DNA of 64,000 nucleotides from Entomortierella parvispora E1425 (GCA_020891255.1 BQFW01000014.1:1798001-1862000); one strand, 5' to 3'; shown: positions 1-13,870, counted from the stretch's first letter. A program made the numbers and translations. The notes: generated from the sequence alone by a model not told the origin.

Positions 1-659
1 TCTCATCGTTGCTTCAGTTCTGTCTTTTTTGCTATCCGAGAGCGAGCGAGCGAGAGAGAGGAGAAGGGAAGGAGGCAGAGAGAAAGTCAGAAGGAAAGAG
101 AGCGAGAAAACAAGAAGCCAACGAGCCAACGAACGAACGCGCCCTCTGCTCTGCCCTTCCACACCGCACACTTTCACACCACACACTTTCACACTCTCAC
201 ACCGCACACCTGCCCACTGACTGCACACTCACACTCTCTCTTGCTTGCCCACCCCTGTCTGTCTATCCCTTCCTCTGTTTTCCTCCTCTCTCTCTCTTCT
301 CCCCATCCTTCCATCTCTTCATCCTTCTCCCTTCACCGGACAGCAGGTAATCATTCAAGTGTACATGTACTCTACCTTCTTCGTGTGCATACATGTACCC
401 TTCTCTTCTAATCATCATCATCACTCCTCCACCTGTCTTATCATTACCGATACTGTAGTCCCCCAAGCAAGCAACACTGGCAGGCATCGTTCATCCCCCG
501 GCTTCTTCCTCCCTCCCCTCCTCCTCCTCCTCCTCCGCCATCCCCCCCTCGCCCTCGCCCTCCTCCTCCTGCTCCTCATTCGAGGTCGTCGACCATCCCT
601 CCCAGGTTCCTGCTCCGTCGCTCCCCGCTCTACGCCTGTCATTCTCGCCCCTCTTTGAA

Positions 660-3600
660 ATGGCCACTCCTCCTCCTTCCTCCTCGCCTGCGGCCACAAC
701 ACCTCCAGCCAACGGCATCAGCAACAGCAATAGCAGCAGCAGCATCAACAGCAATAGCAATACTGTCAGCAACGGCCCTGCTCCTTCTGGCCCTGCGAGC
801 AAGCACTCGTCCATTTCTAGCAGCAAGCACTCGTCCATCTCTAGTAATAAGCACTCGTCTATCGGCAGCGCAAAACACACGTCCAGTAGCAGCAACGGTA
901 GTCTTGGTTACGCCAACTCGAACCTTCACCACCTCACGCCTTCCAACGGCAGTAGCAACAGCAGCAGCCACAACGCCTCTCTTCCCCGCAACCTCGTTCC
1001 TTCCTCTTCTTCGTCTTCAAGACCTACACAGATGCCAGGTAGGAGTATTCTTCATGTCTGAGAACGCGTCTCGTTTGGATATGTTATTGTTGTTTTTATT
1101 ACGCTCCTGCGTGGAGGGGTTACTGCCTGGATGGAGCAGACAAGAGTAGAAGAGACGGGACGGACAGAGCAGACAGAACAGAACAGACAGGCGTACACAC
1201 AGGGAGATGGATAAATGATGCATGAATGGACAGAATGACAGGACGAAGGACGTCGGTCATCAGACAAGGATGGATGGATGGAGTCTCCATCCCCTCAGTC
1301 GTCCTTCCTCCTCTCTCTCCTCTCTTTTCCCTGTTCCCCTTTTTCATATATATGTGTGTGTTGCACTCGCTTGTTGCTCCATCATCTCATCTTGACCAGC
1401 ATCATCTATTTCTGTCATTGTTCCTGTCCTTCCTTCCTTTCTTCTTTCTTCCCCGTCTATCCTTTTGTCTTTCCCTCTTCCTTTCTTTGCTCACTCCCCA
1501 TCTTTGCATTGGTTCCATCTCTCAATCTCCTCTTTTGTACTTTTACCCCTCTTGAATCCAAACAAAACACTCTTCTCATTACATCCACATCTGACCTCAA
1601 ACATCATCCGAATGGCTGCAATAGATGGCCTCGTACCCCAGCGTCAGGCACCTCCTCCTCCTCGACCTTCGACTAGCAGCAACAAGTCCCTTTCACTCCA
1701 ATTGACAGCAGGATCCGCAGCTCACTCGACAGTCTCCTCCTTTGGTGCCAGTACAGCTTCAGCAGCAACGACAATGGTTGAGCAGGACTCTGCTCCAGCG
1801 CCTCCTCGGGTGCCTCCTTCCAAGAAGGGTCCTCCTCCTCCTCAAAAGCCCTCCCGCCAGAACAACCACCGCAGCTCGCCGCACGACACTCTTCGATCCA
1901 ACCATTCTGATATCACCCACCAGCACTCACACTCGTCGTCTTCGTCAAAGTCATCAGGCCGCTCGCATCACCATTACGACTCAGAATACTCGTCCAACCG
2001 GTCGACATTTAAGGGCGTATTCAGCAATATCGTCAACTCCATGTCTGGTAACGTGTCCTCTCATATGATTGACCAACAAAAAAAACGGAACTCTTTCTAC
2101 TCTTCCCCCCTCCATGGTGTGCTGACTGGACCCACCCTTTTTTTTTTCTTTTATGGCGATAGATTTGCTTTCGTCCGACAAAAAGATGGAGATCTCGTCT
2201 CCATACAATCCAGTTCATTTAACACATGTTGGATACAATCTCGACACTGGCGAGTTTACAGTAAGTGCGAGGGCTCTGTCGGGCCGTTTTTTTTTGTTGT
2301 TTTTTTTATTTTGCACTGGTTATTGGCTGAGGATTGTTCCACCATCCGGTTGTTGTGAACACAATCCACAACAACGACAGGAAAAAACGGACGCAACGGA
2401 CACAGGAGCGACTCAAATATGAACAGACAACTTTTCGTGGGAACTGGTGTGGGGATACCTGGATTTTCCCTATTTTATTTTGTTACTGATACTCTCTTTG
2501 ATCTTTTATGCTTGCTAGGGTCTCCCCAAAGAGTGGCAACAGCTCCTCCAAGAGTCTGGAATTTCAAAGCAGGACCAGGCTGCACATCCTCAGGCTGTTA
2601 TCGACATTATTGGATTCTACACTGATACCCAGGAAGGAAAGCAGAACGATGCCGTGTGGAAGAAGTTTGGACACAATCAGACGGCACAAGCAGAACAAAA
2701 GTCAAAGGAGCACCGCATCAGTCGGGACAAGCCTACGACACCACCCAGCAACCGTACAGTCTTTGAGAACCCTGTAAGATTCAGTCATGCATGGTCGCTC
2801 TGAGGCTAATTGCCTGTTTTGGACCTTGTCTTCTCTTTTGCCAACGTCGGAATGACCTGCTCATGCTCCGTCTCTCCCTATCATCCTTCACTTTTTTTGC
2901 TATTCTTAGCGCGTACCTCCTGCTCCACATCCCGTCAAGAAGCCATCCATTCCTCGGCCAGCCGATTTGGTGAGTGGGAGAAAAAATGTTGAGAATAGGA
3001 AACACGAAGGAGTACTCGTATCACCCAGCTTTGAGCCACATGCCATGACAGTGCGGGCATGCGTTCATTTATCAGCTGCTAGTCATTTTATGTTTTCCAA
3101 CAAGTCCATTACCCCTGTCTTTTTTCGACTCTTTTTTTTTTTATGCTTACTGACTCGTTCCTTCCTTTCTCCTTTGCATTCCAGGCACCGGTCGAGAGGA
3201 CAGAGGCCCTGGAAAAGATTGATTCTGACACCAGTGTTGTGCCCTCCCCTGTCGTTTCTCCTCAGCCACCACAGCCTCCCAGAGTTCCTCCACCAAAACC
3301 CAAAAAGACTTCTCAGCACACCACTACGAATGTGGTTGTTCCCTCAACGCCCTCGAAAACCGCTCCTGGAGCCCCCACATCACCATCGTCTCACCAACCA
3401 CAGCCCAAGCGTCGTGAAAAGAAGACGGAAAAGGAGACGATTAGCTCGCAGGATGTGATCCGTCGACTCCAGGCGATTTGCACGGACGCAGACCCCACAA
3501 AGTTGTATCGCAACCTGGTCAAGATTGGACAGGGCGCTTCTGGAGGCGTGTACACGGCCTACCAGGTGGGCACCAACCTTTCTGTGGCGATCAAGCAGAT

Positions 3601-4650
3601 GAACTTGGAGCAACAGCCCAAGAAGGACTTGATTATCAACGAGATCTTGGTGATGAAGGAGTCCAGCCACAAGAACATTGTCAACTATATCGACTCGTTC
3701 TTGTACCGGGGCGATCTCTGGGTGGTGATGGAGTACATGGAAGGAGGCAGTTTAACAGAAGTGGTGACCACGAACGAGATGGCGGATCCTCAGATTGGAG
3801 CTGTTTGTCGTGAGACTTTGCTCGGTTTGGAGCACTTGCATTCCAAAGGAGTGATTCACAGGGATATCAAATCAGACAACGTCTTGCTGGCCTTGAACGG
3901 CGACATTAAGCTGAGTATGTACTTTTTTGACAGAGCTCAGGCAGGCTCACCAAGGATGGATATGCACGATGCACCTTCTGAGACTCCTCTTCCTCCCCCG
4001 ATGACTAAAAAACTTGAGCCCTTTTTCTTCCCCAGCTAACCGAGGAATACCCTTTTACCAATTGTCAATTCTTTTTTAGCCGATTTCGGATTCTGCGCCC
4101 AATTGAAGGAGAGTCAAGGCAAGCGGACGACGATGGTTGGAACTCCTTACTGGATGGCTCCTGAGGTCGTGACGAGAAAGGAATATGGTCCCAAGGTCGA
4201 TATCTGGTCGTTGGGTATTATGGCTATCGAGATGTTGGAGGGTGAGCCACCCTACTTGAACGAGAATCCTCTTCGCGTAAGTCGTCTTTGCATGCCCCCG
4301 CCCCCAATGGACACGTGTTCATGGTTTTCTATAGATATTTCTGACTTTTCCTTTTGACTTTTTTTTACTAACGATTTTTATTTTTTTTTGTACCTTTGAT
4401 CTCGTTGTTGTTTTCTTTTTGTAACATGTAGGCTCTGTATTTGATTGCGACCAACGGCACCCCTACCCTTCAGCACCCAGAGAGGATCTCTGTCGAGTTT
4501 ACACACTTTTTGTCCCAGTGCTTAGAAGTCGATGCAGAGAAGCGACCCACAGCGAGTGAACTGTTGAAGCATCCATTCATCACGAGGGCCCACTCTGTCC
4601 GAACATTGGCCCCCTTGATCCGGGCAGCCAAGGAAAGCCAGCGGCAATAG
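660..4650 (+). CDS. STE20: STE20/PAK-family Ser/Thr kinase (CRIB + kinase domain), multi-exon
   Basis: CRIB motif [17 protein letters not shown] (~2180-2230) and [15 protein letters not shown] (2520+). Kinase motifs [28 protein letters not shown] (4081+), GTPYWMAPE and DIWSLG are spread over GT-AG exons (approx. 660-1038, 1625-2047, 2162-2261, 2520-2773, 2910-2970, 3185-3915, 4081-4277, 4432-4650). No PH domain seen, so STE20-type rather than CLA4-type. Confidence 0.93.
797..890 (+). repeat. 24-bp coding repeat (~4 copies, xKHSSISS) in STE20 exon 1
   Basis: agcaagcactcgtccatttctagc-like units; translation [32 protein letters not shown]. Confidence 0.7.
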
Positions 4651-5175
4651 GATGGTGGAGACACGTGCAACCCCCCTCCCCCCACGCACCCCTATAAAAG
4701 TAGCAGCAGCAGTCATGGTCGTTGTCGTCGTTGTCGTTGTCGTCTTCGTAGTTAGTACTCTAGCGTTCTTCCACCTCTCTCACACTCACAGACCTCGCTT
4801 TCTGACTTTCACTCTCTCGCCCCTCCGCCATATCTTATACCTTGTTTTTTTTCCTCTAAAAATATTTGTTGCTTTTTTTTTTATTCCTTCACGACATTTT
4901 TTTTCTTCTTTTCTTTTGCCTTTTCTTCCTTTGCACTTTGATGGCTATTTTTCAAGAGTAGAGAAGTGTGAAAGGAAGGCAAGAAAGAAGGATCTGTCCC
5001 CCGTTTTTGTTGTCTTACAAACACGATCGGGATGCTGGTCATTTCGATATGGGTGTTATTCTAAAAGGTATTTTGTTTTTTTATTTAGTTGGTACACGAT
5101 GGGGGCAAAAGGAAAGAGAATGATAAAAAAAAGAGGGCATATTGAACAATAAAACAGGGCTACGACTTTTTTTTT

Positions 5176-6721
5176 TTAGCATCTCTCCAAGACAATGGCG
5201 ATACCCTGTCCACCACCAATGCAGGCAGATCCAATGGCGTACTTGCCCTGAGTGCGCTGCAACTCATGGGCCAAGTGGGCCATGATACGGGAGCCCGAGG
5301 CACCCAAGGGGTGACCGAGAGCGATGGCACCTCCGTTCAAGTTGGTCTTTGAGCGATCCAAGCCCAAGACCTTCTCCACAGCCAAGTACTGGGCCGCAAA
5401 GGCCTCGTTGACCTCGACCAAATCCATGTCCTTCAATCCCAAACCGGCCTTCTTGAGCGCGCCCTGGATAGCAGTGACGGGACCGATACCCATGATGGAG
5501 GGCTCGACGGCGGTCACATGCCAGCTGACGACCTTGGCAATGGGCTTCAATCCATGCTCCTTGATGGCCTGGTCCGAAGCGACGATGACAGCACCGGCAC
5601 CATCACTGATACCCGAGGCGTTTCCAGCCGTGACGGATCCCTCCTTCTTGAAGACCGAGGGCAACTTGGCCAAGGTCTCGATCGTGGTCTGGGGGCGAGG
5701 ATGCTCATCGTGGCTCAAAGTCTCCATCACCTTCTTGTTCTTGTATTGGACGGGGACAATCTCGGCATCGAAGCGACCGGCCTTGTGGGCTAGATGGAAC
5801 GGGATCAAGTTGGGTTGGTTTTTTTAGTTTTGGATTTCTCATTTTTTTCTTTTTCTTTTCTTTCTTTTCTTTCTTTTTCGCACGACCCCTTCTTTGTCCA
5901 TTGTTTCTGATCACTTTAAAGCAAACATGGGCCATGATCCATAGCAAAAAAAAAAAAAAAAAAGGAAAAAAAAGGGGGACTTACCGGCAGCCCAACGCTG
6001 CTGAGACAAAAGAGCGTATTCATCACAATCCTGTCGGGAAATGTTGTGCTGCTTGCTCAAGTTCTCGGCGGTGATACCCATGGGGGTCTCCTGAGGGAAG
6101 CGATCGACCAAAGCCGCGGCCAACGTATCCTCCAACTTCAAGTCGACGCCAAAGCGGGTGCCACCGAAACGGATACCGCGCAAGGCATAGGGGGCCAAGG
6201 ACATGGACTCTGCACCTCCTGTCAAGACGACGTTGGCATCACCGACAATGATCTCGTGCGCAGCATTGATGATGGACTGGAAACCCGATCCGCAGAGACG
6301 GTTGACGGTCAACGCAGGGACGGTGATGTCCAATCCTGAACGGAGTCCGACATGACGGGCCAAGTAAGGGCCGGCGGCGTCCGTGTGGGCCACGTTACCG
6401 ACAATGACAGAGTCCACGGGGACCTCCTTGCCCAAATCTGCGAGGGCGGCCTTGGAGGCAAAGGCTCCGAGCTCGGAAGCGGTGTAGTCCTTGAGCTTTC
6501 CACCTAGTAGTTGAAGAGAAGGAAGACACCCAGTTTGAAAAGAGTTGATGATTAGTCATTGGTCGGGTGGAAGGAGTGCCGAAGAAGGATGAATTGAATT
6601 GAATTGAATTGAATTGAATGAATGGAGAGGTGAGAGCAAAAAGAGGTTTTCAAGAATGAGAAAATGTACCGAAGGCGCCAAAGGGGGTGCGCTTAGCAGC
6701 GACAATGAAGACGTTGGCCAT
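5176..6721 (-). CDS. ACAA2: 3-ketoacyl-CoA thiolase (ACAA2-like), 3 exons
   Basis: MANVFIVAAKRTPFGAFGGKLKDY start at 6721. Thiolase motifs NRLCGSGFQS, EVNEAFAAQ, GHPLGASG and ACIGGGQG. Exons ~6721-6670, 6503-5985, 5790-5176. Confidence 0.92.
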
Positions 6722-7236
6722 GATGTGAAAAAGAAGAGAGGAGAGGAGAGGAGAGGAGAGGGTGATGAACGAATGAATGAAAAGAAGAGAGAAAGTAGAT
6801 ACAGTATACAAAGAAGAAGAAGAAAATAAGAAATCAAGAACGAGGATCCCCCGCCTTGCCACACGCAACGGGCCTCGTGCAAGACCGCATCTGGACGATC
6901 CGTGGAGAGGTGGAGAGGGGACAAGCGCGTCTGCGTCCCTGGCGTGGAGAGACCGCGGGCGAATGGGAGCAGACAGCGGGGGGGAAAGGGCAGAGGTGTG
7001 CAGTGGGACACTGTGTGGGAAGACAAGACAGTCCCGGTCACCGATTTGACTCGTGCACGTGAAAGTTTGTTCTCTCTTGTCTGCTCTCTGTTTGTCCTGT
7101 TGGCTCTGCTCTTCCTTGCCATTGTCCGTGGGCAAAGAAAGAAACGACTGCTCGTTTATTGAATCATCTCTGCGCATGCATGGAACATACCCAACGATCG
7201 ACGGATGCGACGGATGCGACGGATGCTGACAGAGCA

Positions 7237-9212
7237 ATGCCTGATCACCTACAGCTCATGACTTCAGGGCGCGGATTCGTCGCGGTGCATGTCGGCGCCG
7301 GTAACGTTCCTCATCATTGTTCCAAGAGGGAATTACGCCACCAAAAATCGCGTTTCTGTCAGTCTGAATGAATCCCGACCCCTGACTATCCCTTCACTGC
7401 TGCTCTTTCTCTCGCCGCAGGTCTACATGCCAACAAGAACAAGGTCGCGTACTTGGAGGCTTGCAAAAGGTAAAGGACACACGTTATCGCTGTTGTAAGT
7501 CTAGTTTTGTTTTCTGAACCTTTTCTCCCGTAGAGCCTGTCGCGCCGGGACAGAGATGCTCCGTAGGAACCCCCAGCCTTCTGCTCTTTCTGTCGTGGAA
7601 TACATAGTATCCATCCTTGAGGACGATCCTATGACCAATGCTGGCCTGGGATCTAACTTGAACTTGGATGGTCAGGTCCAATGTGATGCATCCATTATGA
7701 ACGGATCCACCCTTGGCTTTGGTTCAGTTGGTGCAGTCTCTGGTAAGGCTCTCATTGTCTGACAAGAGGGAACCCAAACAAAAGAGTAAAAAAAGAAAAA
7801 GGGTCGGATCTGGCGTTTGGGAACATCTATTCACTTGTGATTCGCGTTGTCAGACTTTAGGAATCCTATCCAAGTAGCGTCGAAAGTCTTGCAGGAATCT
7901 GATCTGGGACCTTTATCTCTTGGACGCATTCCACCTATCATGCTAGTCGGTCCTGGAGTCACGCGCTGGGTGGAGACCATGGGTTTTGATGATTTGAAGA
8001 GGATCCAACCCACTTTATCTCGAGAGAATTTACTGGCATTAAAGACCGAACATGAGGACACCACAGGAGACCTCGACAAGAATCGATCGCAACCTATCGA
8101 CAAAGAGGATGGCATACATGCTTCGATCGCCGATTCACTGATCACCAAACGAACGCTTGAACAGCATATTGGGTTTCAAAGGCTACTTGAGAAAAGTCAT
8201 CAGATGCAAAGCAATGTATCCTTATCCCAGATTAATTCTGGGAACGCCACTTTCGAGTCAGGGAACAGCACTGTACCTGAAAGTGATTCAACTTCTGTCC
8301 TCACCAAGAAGCGTCGGCGATCGATCAGTGATGACACTGCCAGTAATTTCGACCGTTTGACCTTTACTCGAGAAATGAACAGTGCGACAGAAAACAAGGA
8401 CGAAGACGACATTCTACAGGACACTGTCGGAGCAATTTGTGTCGACGGATTTGGAAGGGTAGCCGCAGGCGTCAGTAGCGGAGGAATTGCCCTGAAATTC
8501 TCAGGACGTGTTAGTGAGGTAAAGGTAGGCGATAATATTTCGTTCTGAGACTGAGGTCTTCTGAGGATTCCGTTTATCCGACGTGGCCGTATTGCTCTAT
8601 ACTTACTTCTTATTGTTCTCATTAGGCTGCACTATTTGGAGCAGGCTGCTGGGCTCAAGATGCCTCTCCTTCATCGGAACCTACAGCGCCGTCATCTCAT
8701 GGGTTCGCCTGCAGCATGACTGGTGCAGGAGAGCAGATCTGCAAGACGTTGTTGGCCAGGGCCTGTGCTGATATCTTTCTTCAAGAGGATTCATTACCTG
8801 TGCAGGAGGCGGCCGAGTTTGTCTTGGACAAAAAGTTCTTGAAGAGTCCTCTCCTGCGGTCATATCCCGAGAAGCAGGCTGGATTCATTGCCGTTCGAGT
8901 CGAACCTCCCTCCTCAGAAGACTCGACGTCAGGACCGCAACTGTCAGGACCACAGCCGCTAGGACCTTTGAGGGCTGAGTTTGTGTTTGCTCATACGACA
9001 CAAACAATGGTATGTTTTTTTCCCGTTTTAATCTTGCCTAGCAGGCCAAAAAAAAAAAAAAAAAAAAAAAAAAAAGACTAATTAGCCCTGCTCGCTTCGT
9101 CCTCTAGGGAGTCGCTTACATGTCAACGCAGGACAGCAAGCCCACAGCAACACTGTCTCGACGAGCGGCAGACAAGAACAAAGCCGTGTTCAGTCGGATG
9201 GTACGCCTTTGA
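7237..9212 (+). CDS. TASP1: Threonine aspartase 1 (taspase; N-terminal-nucleophile asparaginase family), multi-exon
   Basis: [10 protein letters not shown]; [28 protein letters not shown]; autocleavage site [10 protein letters not shown] followed by [17 protein letters not shown]. Confidence 0.88.
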
Positions 9213-9434
9213 GCCAAGAGACTATCAAAACTACTTGTGTATATAAACAATAAACTCATCTCATTTTTTACAGTAGTGTGTGTTGAGTGGTTGGTCGTAA
9301 TACAAGTGTTTTTTTTGTGCCTGGTATGAGGTTAAGTGGTACAAGTATACAAATAGGAGGAAGCGGAATGGATACATAGAAAAGATGGAGGGTTGCAAGA
9401 CCTTGGGGGAGTCAGTGACCGCCGATGAGGGCGC

Positions 9435-10400
9435 CTAATAGCGTCCACGGCGCCAAAAGCCTCCAAATCGACTTGGCTTCTCCGTGTACACCGCATTATC
9501 TCCAGGAGCAGCTACAGGCGCGACCGTGGAAGGTGCTGGGGCCACAGCCACAGGTCTAAAGCTTCTACGACCAAAGCTCCAGAACTGAATCATGGCACCC
9601 AAGAAGGCCATGACGATAAACGTGCCCAAGAGAGCGTAAGCCCCCACACTCTGGTGATCGAAATGAGAATCGATCGTGTTCTTGGAGTTGATGAACTGGC
9701 CGGCTTGGTTCGTAAAGCCCGTGTGCGCAAACATGTCGACACCCAGGACGAACGAGTAGGCCCCCACGACGGCAGAGCCAAACATGACCATCTCGCGTTC
9801 TCGAAAGAGACCGAGGATGAAACCAATGATGGCCAAACAGACCAAGAGGATGATGCGACCTTCCGAACTGGTGATGACGCCGCCCGTTTTCCAGCCCAGG
9901 ATCCAGAGACCGAGAGCGTAAAAGGCTAAAGCGCCCAAGACGGCGACGCCGAGACGAGAGCAACAGACGAGGATGAGGCCGCCGAGGATACCAACACCGA
10001 CCGAGATGGCGAGTAAGAGTGTGGTCGAAGTCACACCGGCGTTGGCCATGCCAATGTAGGAAAAGTTACCCGCAAAGTAGAATCCGACGAGGAACATGGT
10101 AACATGGAACAGTCGGTAACCAAAGAAGCAGAGCACAAAGCCGGCCACAATCAAGATGGCACCTGCAATCCCGCCTTGGATCGTGATGTTATAGGGTCCA
10201 TCTCGGGCATTGTCCAGAATCTTGTCGCCCGCATCATCCTTTTGTGTGATCGGGACAGCCAATGTGGTTGGCATCATCGATAAGAGGGTCGAGAGCAGTA
10301 TCAAAAGGAAGACTGGTGTGCATCGTAACCAACGGACACAAGGTCGTGAACGCGCCGGTAGTGTGCTCGAGGAAGGAATAGGTTTGGTGGGAGGGGTCAT
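9435..10400 (-). CDS. TMEM198/DUF4203-type multi-pass membrane protein with signal peptide
   Basis: Single-exon 321-aa ORF with a hydrophobic leader and about 7 TM segments. LCFFGYRLF and GSAVVGAYSFVLGVDMF match the DUF4203 pattern. Confidence 0.8.
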   Translation of the reverse strand: MTPPTKPIPSSSTLPARSRPCVRWLRCTPVFLLILLSTLLSMMPTTLAVPITQKDDAGDKILDNARDGPYNITIQGGIAGAILIVAGFVLCFFGYRLFHVTMFLVGFYFAGNFSYIGMANAGVTSTTLLLAISVGVGILGGLILVCCSRLGVAVLGALAFYALGLWILGWKTGGVITSSEGRIILLVCLAIIGFILGLFREREMVMFGSAVVGAYSFVLGVDMFAHTGFTNQAGQFINSKNTIDSHFDHQSVGAYALLGTFIVMAFLGAMIQFWSFGRRSFRPVAVAPAPSTVAPVAAPGDNAVYTEKPSRFGGFWRRGRY

Positions 10401-10864
10401 TATCGATGAGTGCAGAAAGGTGGTTTGAGGAATGTAGAAAAAACGAGAGGGAGGAGCAAGAAATTATTATCAGTAGGACCTGCCTTTATATTTTCCCGAG
10501 ATCAGGTAGGCAGTAATGTCGTTCCGACGACTTGAAAGGCACATTACGACTTTTGTTGATACTGGAAACTAGCGACTACGGGGTGTCGTCATGAATTGAA
10601 AAGCAAAGCTCGTTTTCAGTGTAAGTATCTGGAGCATGTGTCCAGTAACGACAACAAAACGACAGCTACTTCACTAGACCGGATCGCGTGTGGAGGAACA
10701 AGGCCCAGCACAGTGACCGTTGTTGCTGTATCTTCAAAAATGCTTAATATACGCGTCAAACATGACATCAGCCAACGCCCTGGCGGTCGTACAAAGAAAA
10801 ATCAGAACGTCATTGCTTGCAGCAGCCGTTGCATTTTTTTTTTTTTTTTTTTTACTTTGGGCAA

Positions 10865-13800
10865 CTATGAGTAACGTGTTGACTGTCTGGATGCTGTGGA
10901 AGAAGCTGTGGCCAGTGGCCGTGGTGACCTGCTTGGAGCCGACCGACTGGTGTTTGTCGCGCTGGAACTAGCAGATCCTCGAGAGGGGATGCCCGAGCTG
11001 CCTTCCCCTCCTACTCTTCCCTCACCGGCCCGTCGATGCAGCACATGTTGGTTCTCGGTATGGATACTGGCGCTTGTGCTTGACCCGGCTGTTGTCGAGG
11101 GCGCAAGAGTCGTGGCTGCACCCGTGCTACCAACAGACATTCCAGATGGACTCTGAGATTTACTCAATGTTTCGCTCCCGGACACGGTGGAGCTCGGAGT
11201 GGCAGTGGCGGTGGTTGCTACAGGGGGTGTTCTCAAAAGCTCTACAGAGTGATAACTCGGGTAAACGAAATCCTCGGTAATAAACTTGCGAAGTTGTTCC
11301 ACCACAAATCGTTCAATCTTGCCCACGTTCTTCAGGACAGCTGAAAAAGAGAAGGATTTGGCGAGACCGCGTTAGAAAAAAAAGAAGAAATGAAGGAAGT
11401 GGAAAGTTAAAAATCAGAAACAAAAAGCGGGGTCTACTCGAGAAAATCAAAAAACTGACGGCATGCCGCTCATACAATACCTTGTTTCTGCTCATCGCCT
11501 ACTTGCGACTCAATTCGCACGTTCGACAGGATGCTATCAATGGAAAGAGTGTCAGGTCAATTGTTCGATAACCTTTTTTTTTTTTAGGATCATATTTTTC
11601 TTACCTTTCGCTAGGATCTTCGGGTTCCAGAAAGCAAACATTCACATGGTCTCGTAAATAGCCCATCAAGACTTTTGCTAATGAGGGGAGAGAAAGAAGA
11701 GCCCAGAGTATCGTCCGTTAGCATCTTTAGCATCCCATGCTGGCCGATATAGACGTCCATAGAAGAAACCACGATAGAAACCCATCGTTATTTTCTCTTT
11801 ACCTCTGAACGAAAATCCTGTGATGACAAGTTTCACAGGCAGGGCCAAGAAAGCAAAAGTAGGATAATTGAGAAGGAGTTCCGTTTCGACAGTAAAGCCC
11901 ATCTGGCCCTGATAACTGACGTCCATGAGCAACTGAATATCGTTCTCGTGTCGCTTAGGAAGTGTCGGTCTGGGTGGGGAAGATGCGCGTCGTCTCCTAC
12001 GTCCGCTGCTGCTGCCCCTCCTGTAACCCTGTGGCACCCGTTTGTCTCTTGTTGCACTCCTCTGACCAACCGAGGACGGGAGATGCCTATCCATTTGAGA
12101 ACTGGTCGCTGATTTTGGTTGTCGAAGCGCGTCAAAGCTCAATGCCTCTACAGGCGAGGTATAAGCGGAATCATGATGATCCAATGGCGAGTGATGCTGG
12201 AGATGGAGATGTTCCTGCGTACTCTTCCCCAATGCAGAAAGAACACTTTTGGTCGCGTTCATGTCATCTCCAGTGGAATCCGAGAAACTTTGACGTCTAG
12301 AGTTGGCGAGCACAGGCGACTCGAATCCACGTGGCGTACTTGGAATCGTCCTCGAGGGGGTTCCTGCTCTGGAAGAGTACATTGAGCCCAGCTGCATTCG
12401 CCCCAAGCCCAGCATGGAATTTCCAGAGGCCATGCCAGAGATCTCGGACAAGTGGAAGGGTGCGGCCTGTCCCGAGGGTGTCTGTGGAGGCGCAGTCCCG
12501 ACCACCGGTGCCTGTGGGGTGCTGTAGAAGGAGGCAGACGAAAGTGGACGGTTGGCTGCTCTGCTTTGCATCACAGATGAAAGGACTGAGCCTGGACTTG
12601 AGCCGAGCCCAGATCCGAGGCCTGCTCCGAATCCGAGTCCAAATGATCCTTGCGTGCTATTATTGTTGCCACTGATTCCTCCGGGGGTCGAGGGGAAAAA
12701 GGAATTGTTGGGTTGAGACTGAGTGGTCGAGGGGCCGCCTTCGGAGGGTGAGAGGGCACTCTCGAGAGGAATCCTTTCTGGAAAAGCGCTGTTGGGGGTA
12801 TGGAGAGTACCGGATTCCAGAGCCAAATTCTTGAGTTGCTGGTAAATAGTGGATTCTCCTTGGGTATAAAACGCCTCACTTTCAATTTCATCGTCAGAGG
12901 CATGCGAGCTGAGACTCTTTGGTACGGCCGGTCGCCCCAAGAATGCGTTGTAGGGTGAAGACAAGGTCGGAAAGGCTCTGGGCGAGGCAGTCTTTGTGTC
13001 AATATCGAGATGGGGTTTCCTGTTCTGAAGCTTTGATTCTGGTACTCTGGGTTGAGCGACTGAGAGCGAAGGACGCGCCTTTTCCTGCAGATGCATCTTG
13101 GGAGCGGGAGACGATGTCCTGTATGGTGGCCTGTCGTCAGATGTTGCCGACGATGAGGAAGAGGTGGTCGATGAAGGCGAAGTCTTTGTGGGGCTGGCCA
13201 TTGCGGACTTGAAGTGGTGGAGGGCTGAATCAATCGTTGGACCGGAATCCAGGTCCGAGCCCTCGCCCGCCGCAAAAGCAGACCGACCTCTAGAGGATGT
13301 TGCCTTTGAAGCGGCTGATCCTGGTCCCGAGATGCCTCCGGCCATAAAGACCTTTTGAATTTCGTCCTTGAATGAATCACTGCTCGTGCTGGTGCTTTCA
13401 TTGAGTTCCCTCCGTTGTTGACGGCGTAGCCAAGACTCTGTCTCTATGCGTTCTTCTTCCTCAAAAGGCGTGTTCTCCAGATACTCCATATCGTCGCCCT
13501 CGCCGACCATGACAATACTTCCATCTGGGGAGTACGAATATTCGTCCGGGAATCTGCCGTCGTCATCGTCGTCGTCGTCTTCTCCGCTGGCGAGATCGTC
13601 TTCGTCCATGCTCTCTCCTCCACCGGCGTCTGCGGCCTCCTGAGCCAGGCGAGCCTCCTCCTGGTCCATATGCACATACCACTCCTCCAACGGGTCAGTG
13701 ATATCCAGGACGGTGATGGACGGTGGTGTGGATCCCAAGCGGAATTTGGAGACGGCGATATTGCCCATAAAGGTGGGTTTTGTGATGCGTTGGAAATGAG

Positions 13801-13870
13801 CATGGATCATGCCCTCGATCTGCAGCGCGACTTCATCGTCGAGCTTGTCCCATGAAAAGACAAATGACAT
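10865..13870 (-). CDS. MDM12: ERMES subunit Mdm12 (SMP domain split by a long low-complexity insertion), 4 exons
   Basis: N-terminus MSFVFSWDKLD...KPTFMGNIAVSKFRLGSTPPSITVLDITDPLEEWY. C-terminal half DIQLLMDVSYQG...LLLNYPTFAFLALPVKLVITGFSF, then SILSNVRIESQVGDEQKQ and VLKNVGKIERFVVEQLRKFITEDFVYPSYHS. Confidence 0.9.
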
